The position numbers and the translations under genes were made by a program. 64,000 nucleotides of DNA from Octopus vulgaris (lineage: Eukaryota), in the NCBI GenBank assembly GCA_951406725.2, contig OX597823.1, positions 88,846,001 to 88,910,000 of the forward strand, read 5' to 3'. The notes beneath the pieces were generated by a model. The model made no database searches and was not told where the DNA came from. It saw nothing but the letters and a program-made list of their open reading frames with translations. Below, piece by piece: positions 43,040-55,967 of this stretch; position 1 is the first letter of the stretch; the number at the start of each line of letters is the position of its first letter.

Positions 43040-43530
43040 ACAGCACGTACACTTAATTTTTTTCAGAATATGAAAGAATCAGGTGTATGTGACTAAGTCA
43101 AAGTCAAAACATATTTGTATTTCTTCAAATACATAATAAAAATCATGATATTTGAACTTAAATTATTTGACTGTGTGTCAAAGTAAAATGTCTGTGTAAT
43201 TCTATTAATACATTTCGAAGTTCTTAATCTTTAATATCAAATTTTGTGTCTCTTGGTCAGCGCATTATGTCTAATCTGAGATTGTGTATATTTAGGTCAG
43301 GAAAAAATCGACTTTGTAATATTACAAGTATGTAAGAAAGTTAATTATATTTAATCATCAATTGTGTGTCTCTAGGTCAAAGACGAATAGTCTTTCTAAT
43401 ACGTCAAATATATAACGAAGCTGATTGTATTCTGTCCTAGATTGTGAGTCACTAGTTCAGGGTGAAATCGCCTTTGTAATGCTACGAATAAATAATAAGT
43501 GGTGATTATATCTAATCTTAAATTGATCTC
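43040..43530. repeat. degenerate 80-bp tandem repeat
   Basis: attgtg..t..ctag.tca at 43281, 43361 and 43441 (period 80), with weaker units on both sides. Confidence 0.75.
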
Positions 43531-45521
43531 ATGTCAATTTTTCTCTTCTGACTAATGATAATAAGACATTGACTGCATATGTAAGTAATTTTAGACATAT
43601 ATTTTGCGCTTGGCAGGTGATGAATACCCTCATGTCACATCTTACTAAGTTGAATTTTTTTCAATTTTGTTTGAATGATTGATAGAATGCTGGCGAAATG
43701 TGTTGCTGTTTAATAGCTACTTTGAATGAATTTGTTTTGGAAATTGCCACTATGTCAATGGCTAGAAGGACAGTGCAATGTTCCATTGTATATATATTTT
43801 TTCTACTGGAAATATTAACGTTTATTGCATACTATCTAATATATCTCATGACAGCTCTTTAAAATTTCGTCACGTAAAACTGTGCACCTATATGATATTA
43901 TATGATATTAAATGGTCTCTGTGCAAAAGGAGATTATTAATGCAGTATTAAACAGACTTGTTAGTGTTTTGAATAAGGGTTCGCCAAAACGAATGTAAGA
44001 GATTCTCTTCCCTAAATTTATGAATATCTTTATTAAACCATGGAAAAGGGTGTGAATATTGATTTATATATAATATTGAACTGTCATTCAATATCGTCTC
44101 TCTAACGTTAATTTTTACTTCTAAAATACTCACTATTTGATAGGGGTGATTATTGTAATTTGGGTGTTAAAATCATTGGATAGCTTGCGTATATTTTTCC
44201 TTGAGTCTTTTAGATTGATTTTCCGAGTATTGAAAGAATAGAGGATATTGTAGGGCGAATCAATTGGCTTATATTTTACAGAGTTGTATAAGTTGGTGTT
44301 AGAGTTTAAAAGAAGATTAAATAGACGGCTACTAACATAGATTCTTTAAGCAATATTTTGGAAATTCTGGTAGGCTTTGCATAAAATATAAAACGAAATA
44401 CATTTGAAAATTCAGTTCTGTTTCTGGATTCCATTCCTCTACCAAAAACCTTTGTAATTATGTCGTTGTTAAAATCATATTCTTTCGTTGATGAAGAGAA
44501 TCGATTTTGCGTCATTATTATGTATATGTGATTATCTGTGGGGCAGAAAAGAGTTTCGAAAATTTTAGGACTTTTAATGATTGATGCTTATTTGTAGAAT
44601 AGGAGTGTCTATTATATCAATTTAATATTACTATTTGATGTCAACTATATCAAAGAATTTTATCATAGATGTTTCTCAACCAACTTCTAAAGAATGGTGT
44701 GTCATTCCTAGGTGCCAATCGGGATTTTTTCTTAACATTGTTATTGGAAATATTTTACAAATGCCTGAAAGCTCTGTGATGGATTTATATTTCTTTAATT
44801 AATCGTAAAATTAGGATTATGAGTTTGGCAGAGATTATATATGTCATTTAGTGCAATCATTTCCACTTTAATTTCTGATGAGTCGAAAGTTATGTTTCCC
44901 TCCGTCATTAATAGAATGAAATGTTTTCATAAAAGTATATGCAATCCTGTTCATTAGTTGAATATTCCAGATATTACAGTGCATTTCACACGGGTGTTTT
45001 TCTTCTACTTGACACAAATGTTCTACTTTTATCTCCCAGCATTAACCCTATTTTATTAGGATGCTTTCACTAGAAGTGTTGTTTATACTTCCTCGTTTAC
45101 ACGTCCTGTACCATTTAGGAATGGCCTAGTTCGCATTAAAACACGTCATTCCGTCAAGGTGCCAGAATAGATCTGGAGCGAGCAAGTTTGAAAATTGGAA
45201 AATGGCAACAAGAAGCCAGGTTATGATGGAATCAAGCAGTGGCATGCATCCTCTTTATCTTTGCTTTCGATGGTAGAACCATCAGAGACAGTTCTATTAA
45301 CTTGTTCTACTAGTTGAATTTTTCCCCTTTACCTGGAGATTTCAAAATTCCTGTGCAAAGGGCGCTATTCGTGAAGGCAGGATCACTATTCACATTCAGT
45401 TAGATTTCGCTAGTATCTCCGATCAACGAAGTGGTATGTGTCGATAGTGGAACAAAGATAACGTCAGTGGAACAAAGCACAAGTAACAATCGAGGAATTT
45501 CAATTTCAATAAAAACGTCGT

Positions 45522-45579
45522 TGAAGATATCTATCTATCTATCTATGTATCAGCTCTTTTTTTCACTGTCACATTTCTC

Positions 45580-45633
<54 letters not shown>

Positions 45634-45893
45634 TATATACATACATATGTATACACACAAATTTCGTAATCCTGTCCGTCTGCCTCTAACTCTCTTCTCT
45701 CCCCACGTGACCGGTGTTCGGCTAAGCCTGACCTTTCTCTCTTGGTTCGGCCGCCGTCCGTGTAAAATATATATTCCTCCCTGTGCCCGTGAAATCTCGA
45801 ATCCCTGCCGTAAGGCTTCACTTCCACACACGCCAGCTTAATTTAATTCGTCCTTAGTCGAGAGACACCTGCTGTTATGTCCTGTTATTTTTT
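45522..45893 (+). mobile_element. unclassified microsatellite-bearing repeat; inverted homolog of 50080-50556
   Basis: acacacaaatttcgt.atcctgtccgtctgcctcta..ccccacgtgacc..tggttcggccgccgtccgt..aattcgtccttagtcga is reverse-complemented at 50080-50340. Confidence 0.8.
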
Positions 45894-46473
45894 GAGAAGC
45901 TTCTTTGTTAGACTATAACATGTAATTGACTTTTAACATAGGCACAAGTCTAAAACATTTTGGTAATAGAGTAGAAAATATAACAGCTACTCTAGTACGA
46001 CACAACTATACTTGTATTACTTTCAATTTTAAAATGAAAATATACGAAGACATTGGCAAAATTCGAAATAAAGTTACGTAACTCAGTATGGCTTATCATG
46101 AATACATCCCACCTTCGTCTTCATGTTAGATATTAACAAACGTACTCGAGTATGAATTAGTATGTGTATAAATCTAAATGCATATGTGTGTACAATAGCT
46201 TTTCCTTGTAACTCTTGGACAATAGAGTAACGATGAATATATTGCACACTTTAGTGGAATCGATTAGGTCCATGTGTTTCTGGTAGATTCTGCTGTTTGA
46301 TCAATATATATTTCCTTCTCAAACCAACGTGTTTACTTCGGTTCACAGAGTGTTTTTACATTTTTACACTGAGATATTTCTGGCTACGGATTTTGTTTAC
46401 CTACACGAGAAGCATATAAACGTATACATACATGGACATATACACAGAAGAATGGACATATATTTATATGCGA

Positions 46474-46507
<34 letters not shown>

Positions 46508-46521
46508 ATATACACATATAG

Positions 46522-46574
<53 letters not shown>

Positions 46575-46656
46575 TGTATATGTGTGTGCGTGTGTCTATG
46601 TGTGTATAACTTGCATTCGGTATAATTTCATATACGGTATTCTGTCACAAACATAT

Positions 46657-46688
<32 letters not shown>

Positions 46689-46752
46689 GCACACACGCCG
46701 GGGGAGAGGACAAAAATAGAAAAAGAAGGAGAAAGAGAGAAAAAGAAAGAGT

Positions 46753-46802
<50 letters not shown>

Positions 46803-46849
46803 TCAATAAATGGTGGGGTTGTGTTACTCAGGCGGTGTGTTTCACAGGA

Positions 46850-48005
46850 ACTCTCCACTGACATCCACATCAACATCAAAGCACCGGAGGACCTAAAACT
46901 AAGGCCCATCGTGGCTGGTACCTCCTGTGAAACACACCGCCTGAGTAACTTCCTAGACATCCTTTTGAAACCTTTCCTTACCCACATCAAAAGTTTCATT
47001 AGGGATGATCTGGACATGCTCAAACACCTCCCGAAAACAGTTAACGAGGAGGCACTCCTGGTATCCTTTGATGTCATCAACCTCTACACCAACATTCCAC
47101 ATGAGTATGGTATAGAGGCAATTGACTTCTGGCTAGAAAAACACCCAGAGACATTCCCTGACCGCATTAACAAGTCTTTTATTACAGAATCTCTTAAGTT
47201 CATTCTGACAAACAATTTTTTTCTCTTCGACGACACACACTACCGTCAAAAATGTGGCATTGCGATGGGTACCAAGGCTGCACCAGTCCTTGCGAACCTC
47301 ATAATGGGTTACTTCGAACTGTCACTCTATGAAATATCAAGCCAGAAATTTGGACATGTTTTCCACACCTACCTAATGGAAAACTGGAAAAGGTATTTAG
47401 ATGATTGTTTCATCATATGGAAAGAACCTTATGAAAAACTCCTGGAATTCAAAACCATACTAAACAACATACATCCCAACATCCAATTCACTATGGAATT
47501 AAGCAAACATCATCTCCCATTCCTTGATCTCCTAATTATAAAAACACCTAAGAACCAAATCATAACAGACATCTACCACAAACCTACAGACTCACAACAA
47601 TACCTCCTCTTTAGTTCATGCCACCCAAAACACACCAAGACAAATATCCCTTTCAATTTAGCTAAAAGGGTATGCACCATTGTCTCGGATCCAAAAACAC
47701 GAGAAATACGCCTTCAAGACCTCAAAAAAACACTATTACAACGTCAATATCCCTCCACCCTTATAGAGTATGGAATAAAACGCGCCAAAGAACTAGACAA
47801 CACTACACTGAAAACCACCCAACCTAACACCACACACAACCTCAAAATACTTCCATACATTTCCACCCACAACCCCAAAAATATCGAAGCATACACCACA
47901 ATCATACAAAACCTCAGTCTACTGTCAACAGACCCAAAAATGAAAAACATTATAAATACACACAAAATCCTCAAATGCAAAAGGCAACACAAATCTTTCT
48001 CTTGA
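46850..48005 (+). CDS. PLE reverse transcriptase (partial, open for ~385 codons)
   Basis: LRPIVAG, LVSFDVINLYTNIP, YRQKCGIAMGTKAAPVLANL, RYLDD (YLDD at 47394-47405), IQFTME..LPFLDL, YHKPTD..YL.FSSCHP. No native start; frameshift near 48000. Confidence 0.93.
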
Positions 48006-48457
48006 CAAATGCCAAACTTCACACACCACATCCACCCCCAACAGTAAAAAAATGTGCACGCTCAAACTGTGGTACCTGCCCCTTTCTACTTGAAGGCTCT
48101 GAATTTACCTTCAAACAAGGTACGAAGTTTAAAATCAAGACTAACTTCTCCTGTTCCTCCGAGAACCTTATCTACGTTCTCACATGCGCTGGTTGCCAAC
48201 ATAATTATGTTGGACAAACGAGTCTCCCGTTACGTAAACGAGTAACGGTGCATAAAGAACAAATAAATCTCCCGGAATACCGACAAATTCCACTGAGTGA
48301 CCACTTAGACTCATGTGCTAAAGACTTAAACCCCAAATTCTATATATTCCCCTTCTACCAATGTAAAGACGGGATCACCACACAGGAGAGAATTAACAAG
48401 GAGAATCTCTTTATTGAAAAATTCCAAACACAACTTAATATGCAAACTCCTCGTTGA
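47999..48457 (+). CDS. PLE Cys-rich linker and GIY-YIG endonuclease (frameshifted continuation)
   Basis: KKCARSNCGTC..FSCSSENLIYVLTCAGCQHNYVGQT..LRKRVTVH..LSDH..R..KE..FI..LN. Confidence 0.9.
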   Translation, partial: LLTNAKLHTPHPPPTVKKCARSNCGTCPFLLEGSEFTFKQGTKFKIKTNFSCSSENLIYVLTCAGCQHNYVGQTSLPLRKRVTVHKEQINLPEYRQIPLSDHLDSCAKDLNPKFYIFPFYQCKDGITTQERINKENLFIEKFQTQLNMQTPR

Positions 48458-49088
48458 TCAAACTTCCTTTCTCTACCTCACTCTTCATGGATGGACTAAC
48501 ACAAATATATAAAGATACCATGCATTCATCACTTCAAGCTAAAACTTATATTCTTTAAATATCATTTTTACTATTGTTGTTATTACTATCATTTTTATTA
48601 TAAATGATATGACAATTTGAAATGCAATTGTCTATGCAGATTTATATTATTAGAAAATAATATAAATAAAGTGTTAAAATCTGAAAGTTAAGTTAACAAG
48701 CAATTATATAAAAAAGATAATGCAAATGAAGCTAAAATGATAGTTTTATAAGTTGGGTTTTATTGAAGAACTCAAAAGAGTTGTCTCCCCTTACTCACAA
48801 CACAGGAACTGAAGAACCAGGACCACAATTACTACTACTTCCTGTCCTGCAACATGCTGAATTTAACAACACAACACATCACATGCTCTTAATCCCTTTG
48901 GATCTTAACACCTCAAGGTAATTTTTTGGTAAACAACCATAAAACTCAAGATACACAACGAACTCACAATGTATCGGAGAACTTATTTTCAATTTTTGTA
49001 CATTTTTATAATTATTCTTTTACAAAAAACAATGCAATTTTCTTTTTTTCCCCTTTCTAATTTTTAAAAAAACTTCTTAAAACATAAA

Positions 49089-49129
49089 TATTCTTGACAA
49101 GTCATACAATGACGAAAACCGGTTGAATA
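49089..49129 (+). ncRNA. minimal hammerhead-like fold with U3-A8 core variant in the PLE 3' region
   Basis: TATTC-TTGACAA-GTCAT aca ATGAC-GAAA(A)-CCGG-TT-GAATA: stems I and II are perfect, stem III is palindromic; one extra A and a GUU triplet. Confidence 0.65.
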
Positions 49130-49501
49130 AATATATATTTATATATTTTATCATTTTCTCATTTTATTAAAATTTTCTTTCATTTGAGCATTCTGCATTT
49201 TTAAAAAAATTTTTCCTTACTATATATATATATATATATAAATATGTCCTAAAATATTTGTAATAACGTATATCTACATACATAATTTCAGATATTATTA
49301 AAACCCCACGCAATAATATTTAGACGTGTTAAGTAGCAATATCATGCTGGCAAACTACTTTCATGTTTCTTTACAGCTATATACATAGGTGTACGTCGGT
49401 GCATATATAAATATTAGGTTTTATACAATTTGTTATAAATGTGTATGTCTGTGTAATTTTTAGTATGAACACATTTACACGTATGTTTTGTAGTAATATT
49501 A

Positions 49502-49553
<52 letters not shown>

Positions 49554-49744
49554 ATATTGATATGTATTGATATGTATATATAAATGCTAGCTTATATATA
49601 TATATATATATCCATAGAAATAGTAGATTATAGATATTTACATTAACATTAGTTTATGCGTGTGTGTGTGCAAGTGTGTGTTTGTATGCAATCAAATGTA
49701 CATATAAATGCCTGTATAGTATATGAATATATATATGTGTGTGA

Positions 49745-49798
<54 letters not shown>

Positions 49799-49804
49799 AT
49801 AAAA

Positions 49805-50463
49805 TACAAAATGGGACAAGAACGCAAAACATCCAGACAGGTGATGCAAGAAAAGGGACAAAACATCCAGATAGAGGATACAAAGGAACCAATGACGGTT
49901 CATTCGCAATTTTACTTTCCTCAGTCGAGTCAGAGATTATCTTTGCAATTTCGGCTCTTTATACTCGAGATTGCTCCAATCTCGCCAGTCTCAAGGAAGA
50001 ACTAAGCTAAAAGTATTAGATTCCTTGGAAGAAAGCTGCGAACGTATACGAAAATAAGGACGGATGTTACACAAATACAAATAACAGGACATAACAACAG
50101 TGGTCTTTCGACTAAGGACGAATTAGATTAAGATGACGTGTGTCGAAGTAAAGCCTTACGATAGAGATACAAGATTTCACAGACACAGAGAGGAATATAT
50201 ATGTTGTACGGACGGCGGCCGAACCACGAAAAGTCAGGTTTGGCCGAACACTGGTCACGTGGGGAGAGAAGAGAGAGAGGTAGAGGCAGACGGACAGGAT
50301 AACGAAATTTGTGTGTATACATATATATACTTATGTATATACAACGTGAGAGAGAGAGAAAGAAGGAGAGAAAAAGTGACAAAGAGAAAGAGAGCTGATA
50401 GATAGGTAGATGGATAGATAGATAGATGATAGATAGATAGATGGATAGATAGATACACAGGTT

Positions 50464-50550
<87 letters not shown>

Positions 50551-50556
50551 CTTCAG
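49805..50556 (-). mobile_element. longer copy of the unclassified repeat (45522-45893 / 18540-18740 family) ending in (GATA)n
   Basis: Direct sequence comparison by eye with both other copies. Confidence 0.75.
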
Positions 50557-50689
50557 GTAAGTTGCCACAACTTGACACAAGATCCTGTTCGTGTGCATGT
50601 GAAATTCAGAATTGTGAGAGGTTGACTTGACCAAAATAAGTTATCAGTCTCTACTATGGTAGTGAGCTTTTTTGCCGACATCTGATATT

Positions 50690-51325
<636 letters not shown>

Positions 51326-52027
51326 GTGAAGGAGCAATCTTGGAAAATATTATTAAACATCTTGCCAAGAGATTTAATACAACCAAACGGAATGATTTTC
51401 TTTGAAGCCGATCTATGCTGTTTACACTATATACCTTCGATATTTCTATATCTCTGTGTTTGACCTTCCCTCTTTGATCACTTTATCATCTTACAGTCAT
51501 GCTTTAAAGTAATATTAATTCTCTATCATCCTACATCCTGCTGTTTAAACAAGATTCACAACGGATTATGACATGTTGATCTTCTCTTGTCGTTTTGCCT
51601 TCAAAAATCACAATATTTGCTTATCAAGAAGACAACGAGGAAATTTATCACAAATATACAAGCAGGTTCTGGTCAGTGTGGATATTCTGAGATGTACAAT
51701 AATTAGTTTTGTCAAGTGTTTTGACTGTATCAAATGAAGTTGATCTTTATCTACCTGCAGGTATTCTTTTCGCAACAGCTGCATTGTTCACAATTCTCAT
51801 TGAAGTATCAAAATATTTTATTTATGCCAATCTACAGACTGACAAGCACACACACACACACACACCTACATTAATATATGTAGGACAGATAATATCGGTT
51901 TCATATATCTATTTATGTATCGATTTATACACACACACACATGCACACACACACACAAACATATATATATATATATATATAATTTTAGTTTTGAACTCAG
52001 AGCTGCGACCATGCTGATGCACCGCCG

Positions 52028-52088
<61 letters not shown>

Positions 52089-52221
52089 CTTATATATCCA
52101 ATACAGGGAAACAAGCTCTTACAGAGATGTAAAACACCCAATTTTCATTGGTTAACTATTTAATACCCAATATAGTAGAAAAAAAATTTGCTCGCCAAGA
52201 AATGCTTATATATAGACAATA

Positions 52222-52631
52222 TATAATAATAAAAGGAAAAGAGTTTAAACCGATATATGTTAATTTATTAACATAATATCATATTATTATTTAAAATAAA
52301 TATAATCCCCAAAATTGTTTCAATTCAAATATTGAAAACAAAAATTTATATTATGGAAGTATTTTTGTAAGAATCTCATCAGGGTAAACTGGACGAAAAT
52401 CACATATGAGAAGTTTGAAATCGTAGAACGGACGGAATGAGTTTGAAATCGTAAATCGAACTAACGAGATTCTTACTCAAATATTTCCATGATATAAATT
52501 TTGGGTGTTGGGTTTTGAAGTGAATCAATTGTAGGGATTATATTTATTTTCAAATTATAATGATAATATAATATTAAGTTAATAAAGTAACACGTATCAG
52601 TTGAAACTCTATTTTCCTTTTATTATTATAT
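52222..52631. repeat. imperfect inverted repeat (~155-165 bp arms), each arm with a degenerate long-stem-II hammerhead
   Basis: Left arm 52222-52377 pairs with right arm 52466-52631 (tataataataaaaggaaaa / ttttccttttattattata; gtaagaatctc / gagattcttac). HHR relics at 52307-52385 (-) and 52461-52536 (+). Confidence 0.8.
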
Positions 52632-52965
52632 ACCCTTATATATCAGGATATGTATGTATATATGTATTTTAACTTTGCGTTTGAAGCTGCTTAATAATGC
52701 AAAGTTTACCAATAATGTATGTCTCTTAGTAAACATTATAAAGCGGCGGTATTTCGTTCAAAGGAGATCTCCTTCAAAGACGTGTCATGTTCAAAATCCC
52801 AGCATATCTCAAAAAGAGTCGAAATAAATCGGCCTGGAAGTGAAAGGAGCGACAGATATCGATATCAATATGAGTTCATTTCCCCAGGATTAAATGCTGC
52901 AGCTTCATAGCGTTTAGTAATTCAAATATACATATGTATAGATATGTATAATATGTATATATGTA

Positions 52966-53029
<64 letters not shown>

Positions 53030-53040
53030 AAGAGAGAGAG

Positions 53041-53484
53041 AGAAGGTGTTCAAAAGATCTCTCTGCAGTAGGTATTTTATTGCAAAATAAATAAGATGGT
53101 ATAAGACTACAAATGAATTTATTAGACTTTACAAGACTTTAAAAAAAGTTTATAAGTGTTGAAAGTGTCGTCCTTCATTTTCAGTGCCTAAGTTAACTCT
53201 TCTACACATGTTTGGAGTCTGACATCTTGGAGAGTCTGGCGCAGTATGAACCGTGTGAAGATTATGATTCCGTCTTTTAGCTGATTAATGGTTTTCGGGC
53301 GATTCTTGTACACTGATCCTTTACTGGCTCTCCTTCACCTAAAAACTCTTGAAGTAGCACCATGGTGATGTACGAAGTATGTTCTGTAGTCCCCCCTTGC
53401 TGAAAGTTTCAGTTAGTTAGCCTACAAATTGATCCACAATTTTTTAGTAATATCTCAGCCGAGAGACTTTTTGAACAAAATGTA
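53041..53484 (-). mobile_element. internally deleted Tc1/mariner-type transposon
   Basis: Imperfect TIRs tgttcaaaagatctctc / gagagactttttgaaca; minus-strand KGSVYKNRPKTINQLK transposase C-terminal relic. Confidence 0.65.
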
Positions 53485-53560
53485 TATGTATATATACATG
53501 TATATATTTATATACATATATAGATATGTAATATTTATATCATATATATAGGAATATATA

Positions 53561-53597
<37 letters not shown>

Positions 53598-54089
53598 GCA
53601 TACAATATATATATATACGCTAAACAACGGTACATCGTCCCTTTCAGGGCAACCACATTGTATTGACATATAGCCTTTATTTCATAGAACTGCTACTGAA
53701 TATCTCTCGTTTACAGAGTTAGAAATAATAATATTTCTATTTCATTAGATCAGTGACAGTGTGTCACTTTGAAAGCTATGTATTCGAATGGTGAATTCAG
53801 CAATATCACCTAGCCAAGCAGATACTCTGCGTTTTTAAAGCGCAATAACCCAGAAACCTGTACACAGAGACCTTGACTCTTGATATGTTATCAGATTAGC
53901 ACGCCAGATAGGTTACTTCTCCTTGCTCAATTACTTAACTCCGTTGTTGTACACCTCGTATTTCCCTACTTCTTCGTCGACAAATACGTACCACCCCAGG
54001 TTGTCGTCCTCGTTGTCAATGGTGCCGTCGTGAGAGTCGTTTCCGCCGTTGCCGTTGTCTTATCGTCGACATTGTAGTTATAGTATTAA

Positions 54090-54375
54090 TGAGACTGAGG
54101 ATGATAGTGGTGATGATGATGATGATGATGATGATGCACCACACCTCCACGTCTTCACCATCCTCATCGGCATCATCGTCCTTGTCGTCATGACCACCGC
54201 CATTACTACCACCTTCATCAACATCATCATAATGATCATCATCATCACCACCATTCTCATTAGCATAGTCATTAGCAGCATCACAAGTCTCATCATTGCA
54301 ATTATCCCCATCATCTATAAACCACTACCATCACCAACACCACCACCACCACCATCACTACCATTGCCATCATTT
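54090..54375. repeat. low-complexity (GAT)n/(CAT)n/(CAC)n
   Basis: Seen directly. Confidence 0.85.
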
Positions 54376-54884
54376 CAAATACGCGCGTTTACAATGAACT
54401 TCATTATATAATGCGATCATCATTAATTTGTGTGGCATTTTAAATAGGAAACGATTTAAATAAACAAACTTTCCTTTAAAATGTCATTGATGAAATCGTT
54501 TTTTCTCGCTGGTTCTGCTCGCTGGTATTATAAATAGTCTCGACCAAATTTATTGCTGCATTCTCAATACTATCTATGGGATAGTAGGCATATTATGTTT
54601 ACATGACTATAACTGCTAGACTACAGAAATGTAAACAAACCAACCACGGTTGTAAAGCAGTGTGCATACAAAGGCACACACACATACATAACCACAGCCA
54701 CACACACTCACATACACACAACGTATTCTGTTCCGTTTACCAAGTTCTGTCACAAATATTGTTTGGCCCGTATTATAACAGAAATCACTTGCTCAAGGTA
54801 TTGATCAGGGGATTGCAAAGCAGACGTTTAACCACCCAGCTATTATTGCACCATCGTAATTACAAAGATAATAGTCTTTTCTTT

Positions 54885-55068
54885 TCTAAGCACAAGGCCC
54901 GAAATTTTGGGGGAGGGAGCCAGTCGGTCAGATCGGTCCCAGTATGCAACTGATACTTAATTTAACAACCCCGAAAGGATAAAAAAATAAAGTCGACCTC
55001 GGCGGAATTTGAACTCAGATCGGAAAGCATTTTGCCGGGGTGCTAACGTTTCTGCCAGCTTGCCGCCT
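54885..55068 (-). mobile_element. Meta-like SINE
   Basis: aaagtcgacctcggcggaatttgaactcaga..gctaacgtttctgccagcttgccgcct. Confidence 0.85.
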
Positions 55069-55311
55069 TATTACGAGTATAATATTAATTTTTATAAAGA
55101 TATTGGATTAGGAGTATTTGTAAATTGATCGATTAAATTCCCTTCAGTACATCAATATTTGCTCTGACAGGTAAATGTCACCGAGGACCCTTTTGCATTT
55201 AGGACTTGAGTGTTCGAAAACATATCTACCAATTGAGTAATAACCGGTAATTCTATTCACCAAATAAATGGCATTTCCTTAAAATATACATAAATATTGA
55301 TATAGAAAGTA

Positions 55312-55520
55312 AGGCAGTGAGCCGACAGAATCGTTAGCACGCTGGGTAAGATGCTTTGCAGCATCACGTTCTGAGTTCAAATGCCGCTGAGGTCGACTTT
55401 GCGTCTTCTCCCTTCGAAATTCGATAAAAAATATGTACTAGTTGTGTACCGGAGTCGATGCAATCATCTTATCCGCTCCACCGAACTTGCTGGCCTTGTG
55501 TCAAAATTCGAAATCAATAT
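55312..55520 (+). mobile_element. Meta-like SINE (older)
   Basis: aggcagtgagccgacagaatcgttagcacg..cgttctgagttcaaatgccgctgaggtcgactttgc. Confidence 0.8.
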
Positions 55521-55740
55521 TGATATAGAGAATTAAAGACAAGGCTATGTGAACTCAGCTGCACTTAAGTTAAAATTCGTATTTTGCCCTCACATATATG
55601 TGTCTCTCTGTACTTTATTGTTCGTTTCTTGGTCACTAGAACTCATAAGAGCAGTGACTCGATCACCATGGCTTATAAGTGAACTCGCCGGTTGCAAGGA
55701 AGAGGGTAGGTGGAGTAGTTTAATGGTACTTTATTTTAAA

Positions 55741-55967
55741 GGCGGCGAGTTGGCAGAAACGTTAGCACGCCGGGCGAAATGCGTAGCCGTATTTCGTCTG
55801 CCGTTACGTTCTGAGTTCAAATTCCGCCGAGTTCGACTTTGCCTTTCATCCTTTCGGGGTCGATAACTTAAGTAACAGTTACGCACAGGGGTCGATATAA
55901 TCGACTTAATCCGCTTGTCCTTGTTTGTCCTCTCTGTGTTTAGCCCCTTGTGGGTAGTAAAGAAATA
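55741..55967 (+). mobile_element. young Meta-like SINE inserted into an older antisense copy (remainder 55968-56098)
   Basis: 14-bp TSD ggtactttatttta at 55725-55738 and 55968-55981. Confidence 0.92.

Larger units (their letters stand above)
46801..49222 (+). mobile_element. 5'-truncated Neptune-type Penelope-like retroelement in (TA)n
   Basis: RT plus Cys-rich linker plus C-terminal GIY-YIG, ~760-bp 3' region with an HHR-like fold, TA tracts on both sides, 27-bp inversion at the 5' junction. Confidence 0.92.

Noticed and set aside
44870-44895. CTGATGA-gtc-GAAA
   Set aside because: Only 3 nt available for stem II and no stem I; probably chance.
43940-45130. Possible minus-strand LINE relic or host exons
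   Set aside because: Short ORFs have protein-like composition but no motif I can identify.
54049-54411. Apparent membrane protein ORF (poly-D, hydrophobic run, poly-P)
   Set aside because: Encoded by degenerate trinucleotide repeats; no start or splice support.
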